A DNA stretch of 64,000 nucleotides, counting the filler, from Sanchytrium tribonematis (lineage: Eukaryota): NCBI GenBank assembly GCA_018985235.1. It is 23 parts of 23 records of this genome, joined end to end, with 100 filler letters (N's around TTAATTAATTAA, not from the genome) between each part and the next. Parts side by side here need not be neighbours in the genome. Positions count along the whole stretch, not along the records: positions 45,765 to 47,729 come from JADGIG010001158.1; positions 47,830 to 49,793 come from JADGIG010001159.1; positions 49,894 to 51,853 come from JADGIG010001160.1; positions 51,954 to 53,907 come from JADGIG010001161.1; positions 54,008 to 55,937 come from JADGIG010001162.1; positions 56,038 to 57,966 come from JADGIG010001163.1; 17 more parts are not named here. One strand, written 5' to 3'. The first letter of the stretch is position 1. Each line of letters opens with the position of its first letter. Of this stretch, positions 45,765-58,066 are shown in pieces. The notes under the pieces were generated by a model. That model saw only the letters and a list, made by a program, of their open reading frames with translations, was not told the DNA's origin and ran no database searches. The position numbers and the translations under genes were made by a program.

Positions 45765-47729
45765 ATATACAATTTCAAAATCAAAAACAGCCATTCTTAG
45801 GCACCAACGACCTAACCTGCCGAATTGGATTATGAAACAGTCATTTAAGTAAAATCATGTCAGAATATACGGTGACTGGTGCACCAATGAGGTAGTATTT
45901 GAAACGCTCAAGTCCCAGAAGAATGGCATGCTTCAAGCTCATACGATTTATATTTTCGTTCCAAAGATGTAAATTTACGGCTTCCATATCCAATGGATTG
46001 ATGATTTTGCATCAAAACGAATCCCGCAGCTTCACCAGACGCATCAACATAAAGGTCAAACGGCTGTCCGAATTGGGCTGAACTAATTGTCGATTTCTAG
46101 AAATCTCTTTTCTTATTGTGTCAAATGCCAGTTGCATTTCGCCAGTCCATATAAATGACTCGTTTGTTTTGGATGTTGCATTGGTCAATGGAAGAACAAT
46201 TTGAGAATACTCTGGAACAAAATCTTTCTTGTAAACACACCATCCCAGAAATGACTTCAAGGATGAAACATTCTTCGGTGCAGGCATTTGTGTGATTTTC
46301 TCAATCTTTCTAACTGCATAGTAATACCCGTACCACTAATGGTGGTTTACTTCCTCCATTCCAAAGAAACACTTTCACAATTTACATTTCATATGAAATT
46401 TGACAATCTTTCCAAAACTTTGTCCAAGCTATCACAAAATTCTGCAACAGTATCCGCATAAATCAGTATCGTCGATGTAATTACAAAGTATATCACTCAG
46501 ACCATCCAATATAATATCCATTAATCTCTAATATTCATGCGATCCACTTGCGACGCCAGATGGCAATACAGTGAATTGCTTTAATCCCAACGGAGTATTT
46601 ATAGAGGTATACTTTTGATGTTCAGCCCTAATTGGCAGCTGCCAGTAGCCACTTAATAAATCTAACGTAATGAAGATTTTACCGGATATTTTGCGAAGGA
46701 GATGACTCATATCTTTCATGGGATGGTCTGGAAATCGAAGGGCCGCATTGGGTGCCTTCAAATCCGCACACAATCTCCATTCAAGATGTGACACGGCATT
46801 AGCTTTTGGAACAAGAAGAATAGGATGTGAAATATGAAAGTGAGAATCTGCCAAAATTCCAAGTGCACTTATTTCCTTAAGTTGAGGAATAGCTGCTTTT
46901 TCATGAGTTTTCGGCAGTTTATAAATAAAAGGTGGGTTAAATTACTCTCATCAACATCAAATGAAACCTGATATGGGAAAACCTCTCTATGGGCTATGGC
47001 ATTCGATTTCTTTTCAAATACGGACACATCGAAATATTACTGCAGAGATCAATTTCTGGTCAGCTTTTAAACAATTTTTACCAAAGTAGATTAATTTTTG
47101 CAACTCTCCAATTGGAATTTAATCCCCATAAACTTCATCATGCGTGATGACTGCAGGATCCAATTCTATCCATTACTGTCAATGAGTTTTGAGCCACATT
47201 TACCAACTCGTCTAAAATGAATAGTTCTTTTTTATTCATCAAGTTAAACGGCACAGCAGCCCTGCCAATCTGAACAATCTTTTGAGAGTATAGAATATTG
47301 ACTTTGTATTGAATTAAAAACTCATTTCCTAGGATCACTCCTCCACTCAAATTTCGGATGACGTGAACCCGCATTCTAAATTTATTTCCACAAATGTCCA
47401 AATTCAAATGAACAACACCCACAGACCTTAAATGTTTACCATTTGGAAGAACTACTGTAATAAAGTCATCTTTTATCATTTCAATTTGGCATTTTAGAGA
47501 TTTCCAAATGACTCTCCAATCAGGTTTAATCCAGCACCAGAATCGAGAAGAAGACTACAATTCGTCAAATTCACAGCTCCATTTATGTATAATAGCCCTG
47601 GAGATACTTGAGAAAGATACTCAAATAGATTTTTATTTTGGGTACTGTTGTGTCACCCGTTTGTCACACCCCGAATGCGACTTTCGGACGACAACAAAGT
47701 GACAATACAAAGAATGAAAGATCTCGATT
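45765..47729 (-). mobile_element. Decayed Ty3/gypsy pol (protease, RT, RNase H) with many frameshifts
   Basis: VILGNEFL, WRLCADLK, LDLLSGYWQ, YIDD, SLKSFLG, FIWT..QLAF in several frames. Confidence 0.85.
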
Positions 47730-47829
47730 NNNNNNNNNNNNNNNNNNNNNNNNNNNNNNNNNNNNNNNNNNNNTTAATTAATTAANNNNNNNNNNNNNNN
47801 NNNNNNNNNNNNNNNNNNNNNNNNNNNNN

Positions 47830-48704
47830 ACAGAATCAGGCAAACTGGTGGTAAAATCAGGATTACATATTTCTGGACTAAAAAAGACTTCAGGACCCAT
47901 AAATCTTTCATATCCCACATCTACGGTATATTCCTTTTTAGTAATAGAATGATAATCCGTGTGTTGTTTGATATATTTATCTGGTTCTTGCTCAAATTTC
48001 TTAAATTCTTTCACGACATCAGGACAAGTGTAACTGTATAATTCCTTGATTCTTTGACTTAATAATAAAGAATCCTCAGGGGGAATAGGCTCATTTCGAT
48101 CTCTTAAACATTGTTGGATAAATTGAGTGATATCTCTGCCAGCAATTGGGACATGTTTAATCGCACTTCCAATGACATAGCCTTCTGCAACTGGGATGAC
48201 ATGGGTCACACCATCACCAGAATCAATCACAGTACCTGTTAACGAGTAATTCTTTTCTTTATTTTGAATCCAACTGGCTGCTAATGCTAAAACAGCTTGA
48301 ACTGCAATATACAATCCAGGGACATTAAAAGACTCGAAAAAGATTTCTGCTGTATATTCTCTGTTCTCTGGTGGATTGAGTGGGGGTTCTGTGAGTAAAA
48401 CATGATGCTGTTCTGGATCACAGTGCAACACATTCATGAGGGAATGCTGCCAGAATAATTCCATGTCGTCCCACTGATCTACCATGCCATGCTTCATTGG
48501 ATACGTTAATTGGTATGTTTTTTGAGTAAATGCGTCATCTCCAATGTAAACATCTAAATCATTTAATGGTCTTTTGGTTAATTGAGAAGTGAGGGGCTGT
48601 TTGGATAGAACTGTGGGGATGATATATTGGGGGTCATTATTGCCTGCATAACCCATTTTGGTATAACCTGTGCCGCAATCTAGAACGATGGAGGGTGAAG
48701 ACAT
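47830..48704 (-). CDS. ARP3: Actin-related protein 3, 3'-partial
   Basis: [54 protein letters not shown]. Confidence 0.97.
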
Positions 48705-48797
48705 GTTTCAAAAAAAATAAAAGAATTTTCAAAACATTTTCATACGAGTTGATTGGTGGAGAAAAATATAAATAAAAACTGCGCCCATTTTACAACT

Positions 48798-49793
48798 ATG
48801 GTACTGGAAGCTCCAATTCAAGAATGGATAACACAAACAGTGGGATATAAACAAGATAAAGTGAAAAAGGCAATACAAGAATATGCTTCACTTTTGGATG
48901 AATTTGAGAAAAAAGATGGAAATTTGTATGTTTTCATAAATATGAAAGAAGAAGTGATTATTACAAATAATAATGACTTTTTGAATATGAATATGAAGAA
49001 GAGATTGTATGTGTATATAAGAAGCAAGGGATTGGTGAATTATATGGAATGTCTGCCAAATCGATATTTGCAAGATTTGTGTATTTTGAATTTGGCATGT
49101 GGGAATGAGGTGGAACAAAAGATATTGAATACAGCTGCTAAGAATATTAAAGATGCTGCCATGTATGTGCTGGATAGGTTTGAATTTATGGAGCCTAAAA
49201 ATGGGATTAAATCGGTGGCATCTGCAGAATCATTGATTATGAACTACAAAGAAGGATTGGGAAAGATATTTCAAAAGATTTATGCCTCTAGGGATACTTT
49301 AAGTGAGGAATTGGCATATTGGGATGAGACCAAATTGGTATATCAAGAAATTTATGCAAAATTTATCAGTGCTGAGTATTCTAAAGTGAAGGAACTCGTA
49401 CAGTCTTCTCCATTTCATTATTCATTAAGGGATATTGATACAAAGATGTCTCAATTCAAGAAAATATTGGATATATGTGAGAAATTAAAATTGGCAGAAG
49501 ACCAATTAAACATATTAAAAAGCAACTCACCTGAAAATAAACAAATTGAATATGCAATAGCAATGATACCAAAGGCATTTCAGGAGATGATGCCTAGCTT
49601 TCAAGAAGGACATCAAATGGCAATGTTTGATGCGATTTTAACTACCACTTGCAGCGAAATGGTCATTTTAATCAAAAATATCTTGCAACAGGATTATTTC
49701 CAACTTGATTATTACGATGCCATGACCAGTTTGATGTATTTGAAAGCCGTTATATTGAAATACATTGAATATTTGCATAAATGCTTTCCTGAC
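48798..49793 (+). CDS. Possible dynein heavy chain N-terminal (tail) region, divergent, 3'-partial
   Basis: EELAYW......YQEIYAKF....YSKVKELV resembles the DHC_N1 motif; weak. Confidence 0.35.
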
Positions 49794-49967
49794 NNNNNNN
49801 NNNNNNNNNNNNNNNNNNNNNNNNNNNNNNNNNNNNNTTAATTAATTAANNNNNNNNNNNNNNNNNNNNNNNNNNNNNNNNNNNNNNNNNNNNGAAATTA
49901 AATAAGTTAAATAAATCACCTAAATTCGTATCACTAGCACATCCAGTGATATACCTGACTTTATCCT

Positions 49968-51853
49968 TTATAAATTCCCACTCTGGTTGATGACAAATCC
50001 AACATAAACATCCTGAACCGGGTCAAGTGGTCTGCATTTATCCAAATTCAATGAAATGCCTATTGGGGCAAGAGCATCAGTCATATTAGTCTGGAATGTA
50101 TCCATATGGGGTTGGGTGTCGCAGTAGAGCACATCGTCCATGAAATGACCCAGAAATGAACCAGGTCGTGCTAAATGGCCAATGGCAATGTCATTAATTT
50201 TACAATATAACAATGGGGAAATACACGAGCCCTGAATGAGTCCACGTCGTGTATCTATTAATCTGGAATAAAATGGGCCAAGTCGCAGGGAAACACGTTG
50301 ATTGGCAATCATTTGGATCATGAGTTGCTGGTCATATTTGTTTGGGATTAATTGTTGAATCATGGAATAAATTGGACCTCTTTTGAGTGAGTCAAACGCT
50401 TTAGTCTGGTCAAATTTCATCAGAACCAGGGAATCGCGATCATTTGAGGGATAATGGTCCAGAAATGATTTCAAGTCATGGGCCAAATCCTCTCTTGACA
50501 CGCCCTTCTTACATCCATATTGAATGTCACTACTGGCAAGTACTCCCTCGTATCTAAATTTAATCATCTTTTCAACTGCTTTCTTTACGTGATTAAATAA
50601 TCCAATTTGACGGTATTGAGCAATTTGGATGGATTGTGGTCCTTTAGGGATTGGACATATAACAGTGACGTGGAATGTATCGGGGAAGATGTTGTGAATA
50701 CGAATTTGATTGATGAGTGCAAGAAGCATGTCAAGGAGGGATTCATGGGAATATTTGAATAATTCAATTCCCAATTTATCAATTCCAGTTGACTTGGAAT
50801 TTGGCATGGATTTGATGGCTGCTTGTAATTCCTCTAGAGTAAATGGATTGGTTGGATCATTGGGGCGGATATGAATGTCTGGGGGTGGTAACTGATCATC
50901 TGGATCATCACTTTGCCATCTCTCTGCGGCTTGAGTCGCTAGATTTTCGATATCACGTGCATCCAACAAGGAGGGGATGCTCTGCTTCTTCTTTTTACTA
51001 AAATTCACCACTTTGAGTAGTTCGCATCTGCTCATTTGATCCCTGAATTGTCTTACATTCTTAAAACAGGCTTTCTGATTGGATTTAAATAGGTGGAAAG
51101 CATCAATCTGTTGCTGGTTGGTTAAATTATCATCATATGCCAGGGAATATTCCACTAAATGCGCAGGGAGAAAAAAGGGCGTCTGTTGGCTCATTCCAAG
51201 GATTTTGGTGGCTGTTTCTAAAAGTGTATCAAATAATAAATTGGATGCATTGGCAATATGATTGGACTCTAGTGAGGCATGAAAATCAGCAGATATGCCT
51301 CGTAATTGAATATTTGACTCATTATAGTATGAAATGCGATTGGGATAAGAAATTGCTCTGGTTTCTGGATCTACTGACTTTTTATGAAATCTGTAATTAC
51401 GCAATTTGGATTCTTTGGGGAATGAAATGGGGAATGAAACTTGATTCATTTGGAATGAGATAACAAATGGAAGATGGTCTGATCGTGTTTCAGGAATACA
51501 CGACGTAAAGTAATGGTATGGAAATGATTGGGGGATCAATGCGTAATCAATTAAGCTGGTATTTTCATAATCATAACTGATAAATGAGAAATCGGTGTTA
51601 TCTGGATAAGAGGCATCAAATCGATGCGAGTGGGCAACAGAAGCAAATCCAGATGCATTTCGAGCATCGTGATACATATCCATGTTCCAATCACCAAAAT
51701 AGACTGTCCTAGGACCCCCAATTCGTTTCAGTTCTAGAAATCTACTCACTTTGTCATTGTGTCTACTTGGGATGTAAATTGGCATGAGTTTCACATAATC
51801 TAAATCAATTACAAGATATTCTGGATGTGAGTGTGTAATGGGATAGAATCCTT
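49968..51853 (-). mobile_element. Non-LTR retrotransposon (LINE): APE endonuclease + RT, truncated
   Basis: YFGDWN, SLIDY, SDHLP; YRQIGL, QYGCKKG, DQTKAFDS, GLIQGSCISP, FMDD. Confidence 0.9.
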
Positions 51854-51953
51854 NNNNNNNNNNNNNNNNNNNNNNNNNNNNNNNNNNNNNNNNNNNNTTA
51901 ATTAATTAANNNNNNNNNNNNNNNNNNNNNNNNNNNNNNNNNNNNNNNNNNNN

Positions 51954-52964
51954 GAGAAGGCCTTTTGGGATCAAACATGTTTGCATTTCTTCTTGCCAGC
52001 ATCTCTTTATCAATTCCGATCGGAAAGAACATTAGTTGAAACCCATCGCAATACATTTATTGATTCTGGTACATGTTTTTACAAGAGTGAGATGTCTTTT
52101 CCATGTCATCGAAAATCTACGAGATGGAGAGATCGAGGTAAAATTAAGCGGAAAGACACCGACGAATGTATTGAAAACGATAATTTATGCAGTCGGGAAG
52201 CTGGCATCCGAGAATATGACAATGTAAAGAAGCTGCTAGAATGGAAGATCGAAAATATTGTCAATTATTATCAAGTCGAATATATCCCAACAAGTGGCAA
52301 TCGAGAGTTAAAATTGTATACTGGTCGAAATTTCTCACTATTTAGTAACGTAGCTCGAGTAGAAATTCTAATGGAATCATGTGAGGGAGACATTTATAGT
52401 TTACATGTCAAAAAACAGATTAAAATGAGCTATGGTGATATCAACTTGATGTCAAGTGATATTTTGAATGCCATACACGGACTACATGCCCGAAAACATT
52501 ATCATTTAGACATCAAACCACTAAATATTGTTAAATGTCTTTCTAATGGTGAAATTATATACAAATTAATTGATTTTGAGTATATGACGGATAAAAATGA
52601 AGTAACATCAAGACGTGGGACAAAAGCATATGCACCTATGCAAGTTAATAAAGCTCTGAAAGAAGAAATAATTTCTAACAAAGTTTGGAAAACATTTGAT
52701 GCAGATAAATGGGATATAATTTCATTTGGAAAGACTATTTACCATATGTTCTATACTGGGGTATCGTTTAACGATCTAAAAATAATTTGTTTTGAATCTA
52801 ATAGCAAAAATTTTCCTAGAAAAATCCATGATCAAGATCTGTTTCCATCTGATGAGGCATACACTGGGTTTCTAAATCTAATGAGTGTAACAATGAACTG
52901 CAATTGGGAACTAATCATATCTGCTTCGGAATTGAGATCAAAAGTCTATCAAAATATGGCTTAA
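51954..52964 (+). CDS. Divergent Ser/Thr protein kinase, 5'-partial
   Basis: HLDIKPLNI, LIDFE, GTKAYAP, DIISFG. Confidence 0.8.
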   Translation, partial: EKAFWDQTCLHFFLPASLYQFRSERTLVETHRNTFIDSGTCFYKSEMSFPCHRKSTRWRDRGKIKRKDTDECIENDNLCSREAGIREYDNVKKLLEWKIENIVNYYQVEYIPTSGNRELKLYTGRNFSLFSNVARVEILMESCEGDIYSLHVKKQIKMSYGDINLMSSDILNAIHGLHARKHYHLDIKPLNIVKCLSNGEIIYKLIDFEYMTDKNEVTSRRGTKAYAPMQVNKALKEEIISNKVWKTFDADKWDIISFGKTIYHMFYTGVSFNDLKIICFESNSKNFPRKIHDQDLFPSDEAYTGFLNLMSVTMNCNWELIISASELRSKVYQNMA

Positions 52965-52987
52965 ATTCTGTTTTTGTAAATTATTTT

Positions 52988-53668
52988 ATGAAACTCATTT
53001 TGCATCAATTTCAATCTCCCTCACATCGTCCATCTCTCTCTTTATTCTGCTTAAAACTAGAAACTTATTTAAGAGTCAATCAATTAAAATATTCTGTTCA
53101 ATTCACAATGCCTCATTCTATGCCTCATTTCAAATTACCCTGTTTAGAAATCAATTCAAAATTAATTCCTGATTCGCATGAATGTATACGGCAATTAATC
53201 CATTTGAATCCACACTATGATTTGAATAAAGGTTTATCCAAGTCACAACTATCTGATTCATTCGCTTACTTGTCCATGATTGAAGATGGTTTATATCCGT
53301 ATGTTTTATGCGAAAGATGGCTAGATAATGATAAATTGAATAGACCAGAATTGCAAATGATTCGGAATAATAATAAATCAAATTTAGTAGCACAAGGAAG
53401 TGCGAGACACGATAAAGAAAAGAGACAAACGAGAACTAAAGACTATTTGGAATATTTGGAAACTAGATTACAAAATGGATATTTTAATGGAGATGTGCCT
53501 ACTGAAGTAGATTGTAGTATATTTGGATTAACTGCGACTACAATTGATAATCAAACAACGCCATTTACAAGATCTCTCTTGTTGAGTCACAAATCTATTA
53601 AAAATCATTGTTTGAAAATGCTGGATTATTTCCCAGAATACACCAAATTGAAAGAAATATTAAAATAA
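52988..53668 (+). CDS. Metaxin/FAX-like GST-fold protein
   Basis: SLSLFCLKLETYLR, KLPCLE, IPDS, YFNGDVPTEVDCSIFG. Confidence 0.8.
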   Translation: MKLILHQFQSPSHRPSLSLFCLKLETYLRVNQLKYSVQFTMPHSMPHFKLPCLEINSKLIPDSHECIRQLIHLNPHYDLNKGLSKSQLSDSFAYLSMIEDGLYPYVLCERWLDNDKLNRPELQMIRNNNKSNLVAQGSARHDKEKRQTRTKDYLEYLETRLQNGYFNGDVPTEVDCSIFGLTATTIDNQTTPFTRSLLLSHKSIKNHCLKMLDYFPEYTKLKEILK

Positions 53669-54007
53669 ATAAAGCTATTTAATATTTAATAAGATTATGA
53701 TTTCCGAAGTGGTGTATCCCAAACATTCCAGAAAAGAAACTGGGAAATTGGAATAAAGAAATTGGACCGTATTTCTCAATAGAATGATGTGGCGAAGATC
53801 CTTGGGTTTTTTCAACTTTGTCAAATGAACAATTCGTTGGATTGACAGGTATGGCATCCATTGAGGGCCGGTTAGAATTCAAATAGGAAGCTGATTGGTG
53901 CTCAAGANNNNNNNNNNNNNNNNNNNNNNNNNNNNNNNNNNNNNNNNNNNNTTAATTAATTAANNNNNNNNNNNNNNNNNNNNNNNNNNNNNNNNNNNNN
54001 NNNNNNN

Positions 54008-55860
54008 AGATTGTTTGGAGTGTTCATGGTGAGATGCGTCAGTGAAAACAAGTGATTTCCCAATAGGAATTGTGGATTGCAAATTTCTAATAATTGATGG
54101 CCATCTATCTGGGATCTTGATATTTCGATGGGTGCCATGTTTTGTACATGGTGAATGTGTTGTACTTATATTTCTACTATAACATTGGTACATCTTGTTG
54201 GCAAATTTATGGGAAGATTGGCAATTATTGCAATTTGTGTCTCTATTTGGATATGTACGCTGTGCCACTTTATGGATCCATGGGTGAGTCTCTGCTGTCT
54301 TTTTAATTGTCTTATTCATGGTAAATGATGCCTTTGCCTTGGGCACAAATTCTAGTAAATCTAATCTATTTGCTTTAACAGACACTCTATTCAGAAATTT
54401 ACTGGATAAATGCTGCCAGCGATCAAAATAACTACAATAGCCACAGTAATATCTTATTTCTGCTATAGGTGTCGGTCTCGGGATACCCAATAGTGATCTA
54501 ATGGTGTTGTTGATGAAATAATCGAATTTTTGTGCAGTGTCAGAATCAACTGGAAAAACACCCATGCCATAGTCAAGAACTGGAAGAATACTGCTGCCAA
54601 AATAGCGCAGTAGATGTTCTGGTTTAACAGCACCTTTAAATATCCCATGATTCTTTGCATTTCTGATTTTGGTTCTGGCTTTGTTAATATTCTTAATTGC
54701 TTGTTGTTCTGCGTTTAATCCATAATAATTACAAGAAAAGCCAAGCCAATAGTCAAATGAGTGTGTCAAGGGATATGTTTTGGTTCTACTAAATATCAAT
54801 CCAACCCGAGAAAGTAGATTTTCAATTTCAGTAATAATTTCGTCATATTTCTCCTTCTTTATTGCGAATATCAAATCATCCGCGAACCAGCAATGCAGAA
54901 TGTCAATGTTGTCCATCACTACATCAACCAACTTCGTGAACACAGAGGGGCTAATCACTGTTCCCTGAAGAACCCCCCTGTTACAACTGCGAATGTCACT
55001 CTGTTGATCACCGATCTGCAATTGGATGTTCTGTCTACTACAAAGATTAACTAGCAAGGATAAAAAATTAGATGGCAAATTCAAATTCTCAAAGATCGAT
55101 CTCATCTGGGAATGGTCGATTGTATCGAATGCACTTTGCACGTCTCCTTTTACGAGCATGTACTCCTCTGGATTATATCCCTGTTTCTCTAATTCATTCT
55201 GTAGATACCAAGCAGCATCCAAGGTACTTACGGCTGTTTTAAACCCGAATTGGGATTTTGACGTTTTTAAATATTTGAGCAATTGAGGTTGCCACAGCTT
55301 CTCAAAAAACTTTCTGAACATATTACACAATCCAATGGGGCGATATTGCAGTATGTCATCATATTCTGAGCTTTTGTTCTTATGGATTGGTACGATTAGC
55401 GAATATCTAAAGCAGTCAGGAACAATTCCACTAGTTCCAATAATATTAAAATATCTCAATAAAAACTCTTTAAAATTGTCAGTAGAACAATGCAAGAACT
55501 CATTTATGACCCCATCAACTCCAGCTGACTTTGATTTTTGCAATTTGTTTAAAATATCATTAAATTTTTCAAACGAAAGACTCTCCCACTCACTCGAATC
55601 AAATTGGAATGGCAGATATGCATTGTGTTCCTCCCCAGACAAGTCCCATTTGTCATTCCACTTGTCGAAATGATCAATTATCTTTAATCTGTCGAGATAT
55701 TGACGTGAAATGCCTTTTCTCCTGGCACTCATTTTGATCACTTTGAGAAATGCTGATGGCTCCAATTTATCAATGTTTGTCTTGTACTTTTTCAGTGCCA
55801 ATTTCCTGGCTTTTGAGATGATTTTATTGGCTATTTCGTGATTTCCTAAAAGTCGTGCTG
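54008..55860 (-). mobile_element. Non-LTR retrotransposon RT with Cys/His motif and start of RNase H
   Basis: YRPIGL, QFGFK, DVQSAFD, GVLQGTVISP, WFADD, CNNCQSSH, VFTDAS. Confidence 0.9.
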
Positions 55861-56732
55861 TTGATGGGGCCATAAATGAGTTCTTGCACTGTTCTACTGA
55901 CAATTTTAAAGAGTTTTTATTGAGATATTTTAATATTNNNNNNNNNNNNNNNNNNNNNNNNNNNNNNNNNNNNNNNNNNNNTTAATTAATTAANNNNNNN
56001 NNNNNNNNNNNNNNNNNNNNNNNNNNNNNNNNNNNNNCGTGCCTTTTAGGAATACCAATCAGAAGCGTAAAAATTTGCAATTTTTGAAATCATAGGGGAT
56101 GATTGGTATTTGATAACGATTTCTCTCGCCATATCTAAAAGAATGGCAAATCATGGCAATAGATAGAGAGATTCCCTATCCAATTTGCAATAGAAATAAA
56201 TGGCAAATTGTTGGATGATGTCATTTAGATGATCCATTGTCAACCACGTGAATCACATGGCATCATTTGCAACATCATCACGACATTGTAGTGATGACAC
56301 ATCGATTGATACATTGAGTGACCAGAAATGATGTGAATGGACTGCAGATAATGAATGACAGTCCGTATTATCCAAATAAATGACATGTGATATATAATTT
56401 ATTGATTCTTTTCATCTACTTCACCGGATTGATATGAATATACTAGAATGAGTGCCATGGTTAAGAATCCAATGACATTAATGAAGAATGCCAGTTGACT
56501 ATCAGAAATGGGGGACATGTTTTAAAAAATAAAATGGCAAATTATGAAGTATGATTTCATCTAGTCGTCATTTACTCATGCTTCATGCTTGTTTGCATCT
56601 TAATACATCCATTCAATGGAGTCTGGTAGATATATGTGTTTGATAGATAAATGAGAGTCTTCTCACATCCATCACCGAAATAATATCAAGTCATATCTCC
56701 ATGTTTGGAATTCCAAAATAACAAAAAAGAGC

Positions 56733-57966
56733 ATGTCCGGTAACATAACAGATGATGAACTGGTGGCATTCATTAAAAGAAGTATTCGTGAAAAAGGGCC
56801 GATGTCATTCAATGATATTTGCACTCTAGAGGTCAGGCCAGGTGTGAAGGTCTTTCAAATTAAGCAGAAAATAGGTACTTACTTGAAATCTAGAGAAGAA
56901 TTCAAGGTTACTGGCAGCCAAAATAATCAAAAAGTCAAATTGGCTGGTGTCTCTCGACCTGAAATCGACCGTGTAACATCAACATCCTCTATACTCTCGA
57001 ATAATGATAAATTACAACTACTTGGTATCCTTAAAAATCACTTGATGTTAGCTGGCACCATGTATCTAAATGATGTTCCCAAAATGCATGTCAAATTCAA
57101 CTCTGAATTAAAAATGTTTAAAGAATTTGATCCCTCTATTTTAGAATCTGTCAAGAAATCCAGTCTATTTAGAATCATTGGGAGTGGAGATGGTGCTATT
57201 ATTGTTGCAAATGTTCAAAATTCAGTGACTTATTATGACAGTGACGGTGAAGAAATACCAAGTCAAAAATTATCAAATAAAAAGAGTGCCAAACATGTCA
57301 CTGATGAAAACAGTATCCCTGATATCTCCAGTAAACCATCTAAATCATCCAAACCATCCAAAATATCCAAAATAGCCACAAGTGATAAATTATCCAAGTT
57401 ATTAGAAAATGGCAATTTCTCATCATCTGCGCAATCTACCCACAATGCGACAACTAAAATAGATCAATTACAACATCAATCACCCAATACATCCATTCAA
57501 ACATCCAATATCCCATTAATTCAAGATTATAGCCACTTCCAATTATTTCGACCCAATCCTCCAAAATCAGATATCGTGCATAAATCCATATTAACAAGTG
57601 AATATGCATCACATTCCATACCACAATGTGGTTATTTAGGAGTTGCCGATGACGAATCCGTGTATTTAAATACATTTCAACCATTTTGCATTTTATTGTG
57701 TGGGGTGCAAGGCACTGGTAAATCATACTCTGTAAGCACTATTATTGAGAATTGTATGTTTAATGTACCACCCATGATCAAATCTAAGCCCATGAATTCA
57801 TTAATTTGTCATTTTGATCATGATATTTCAAATTTATGTGAATGTATCACTTTAACGAGTTTAAAATCAAGATTGCCATCTGAAATCACAATGGATCATG
57901 ACATGGTCATTTTAACGAGTCCATCGTACTATAAACAACGCAAATTATTTTATCAAAATATCCCAA
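56733..57966 (+). CDS. P-loop NTPase (HerA/FtsK-like) with N-terminal winged-helix/LOTUS-like modules, 3'-partial
   Basis: YLNTFQPFCILLCGVQGTGKSYSVSTIIE Walker A; two short helix-helix-beta modules at the N-terminus. Confidence 0.65.
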
Positions 57967-58066
57967 NNNNNNNNNNNNNNNNNNNNNNNNNNNNNNNNNN
58001 NNNNNNNNNNTTAATTAATTAANNNNNNNNNNNNNNNNNNNNNNNNNNNNNNNNNNNNNNNNNNNN

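Noticed and set aside
45765..47729. Frameshifts in retroelements (also 59060-59250) as tiny introns
   Set aside because: No matching intron consensus seen at the breaks; ordinary decay explains them.
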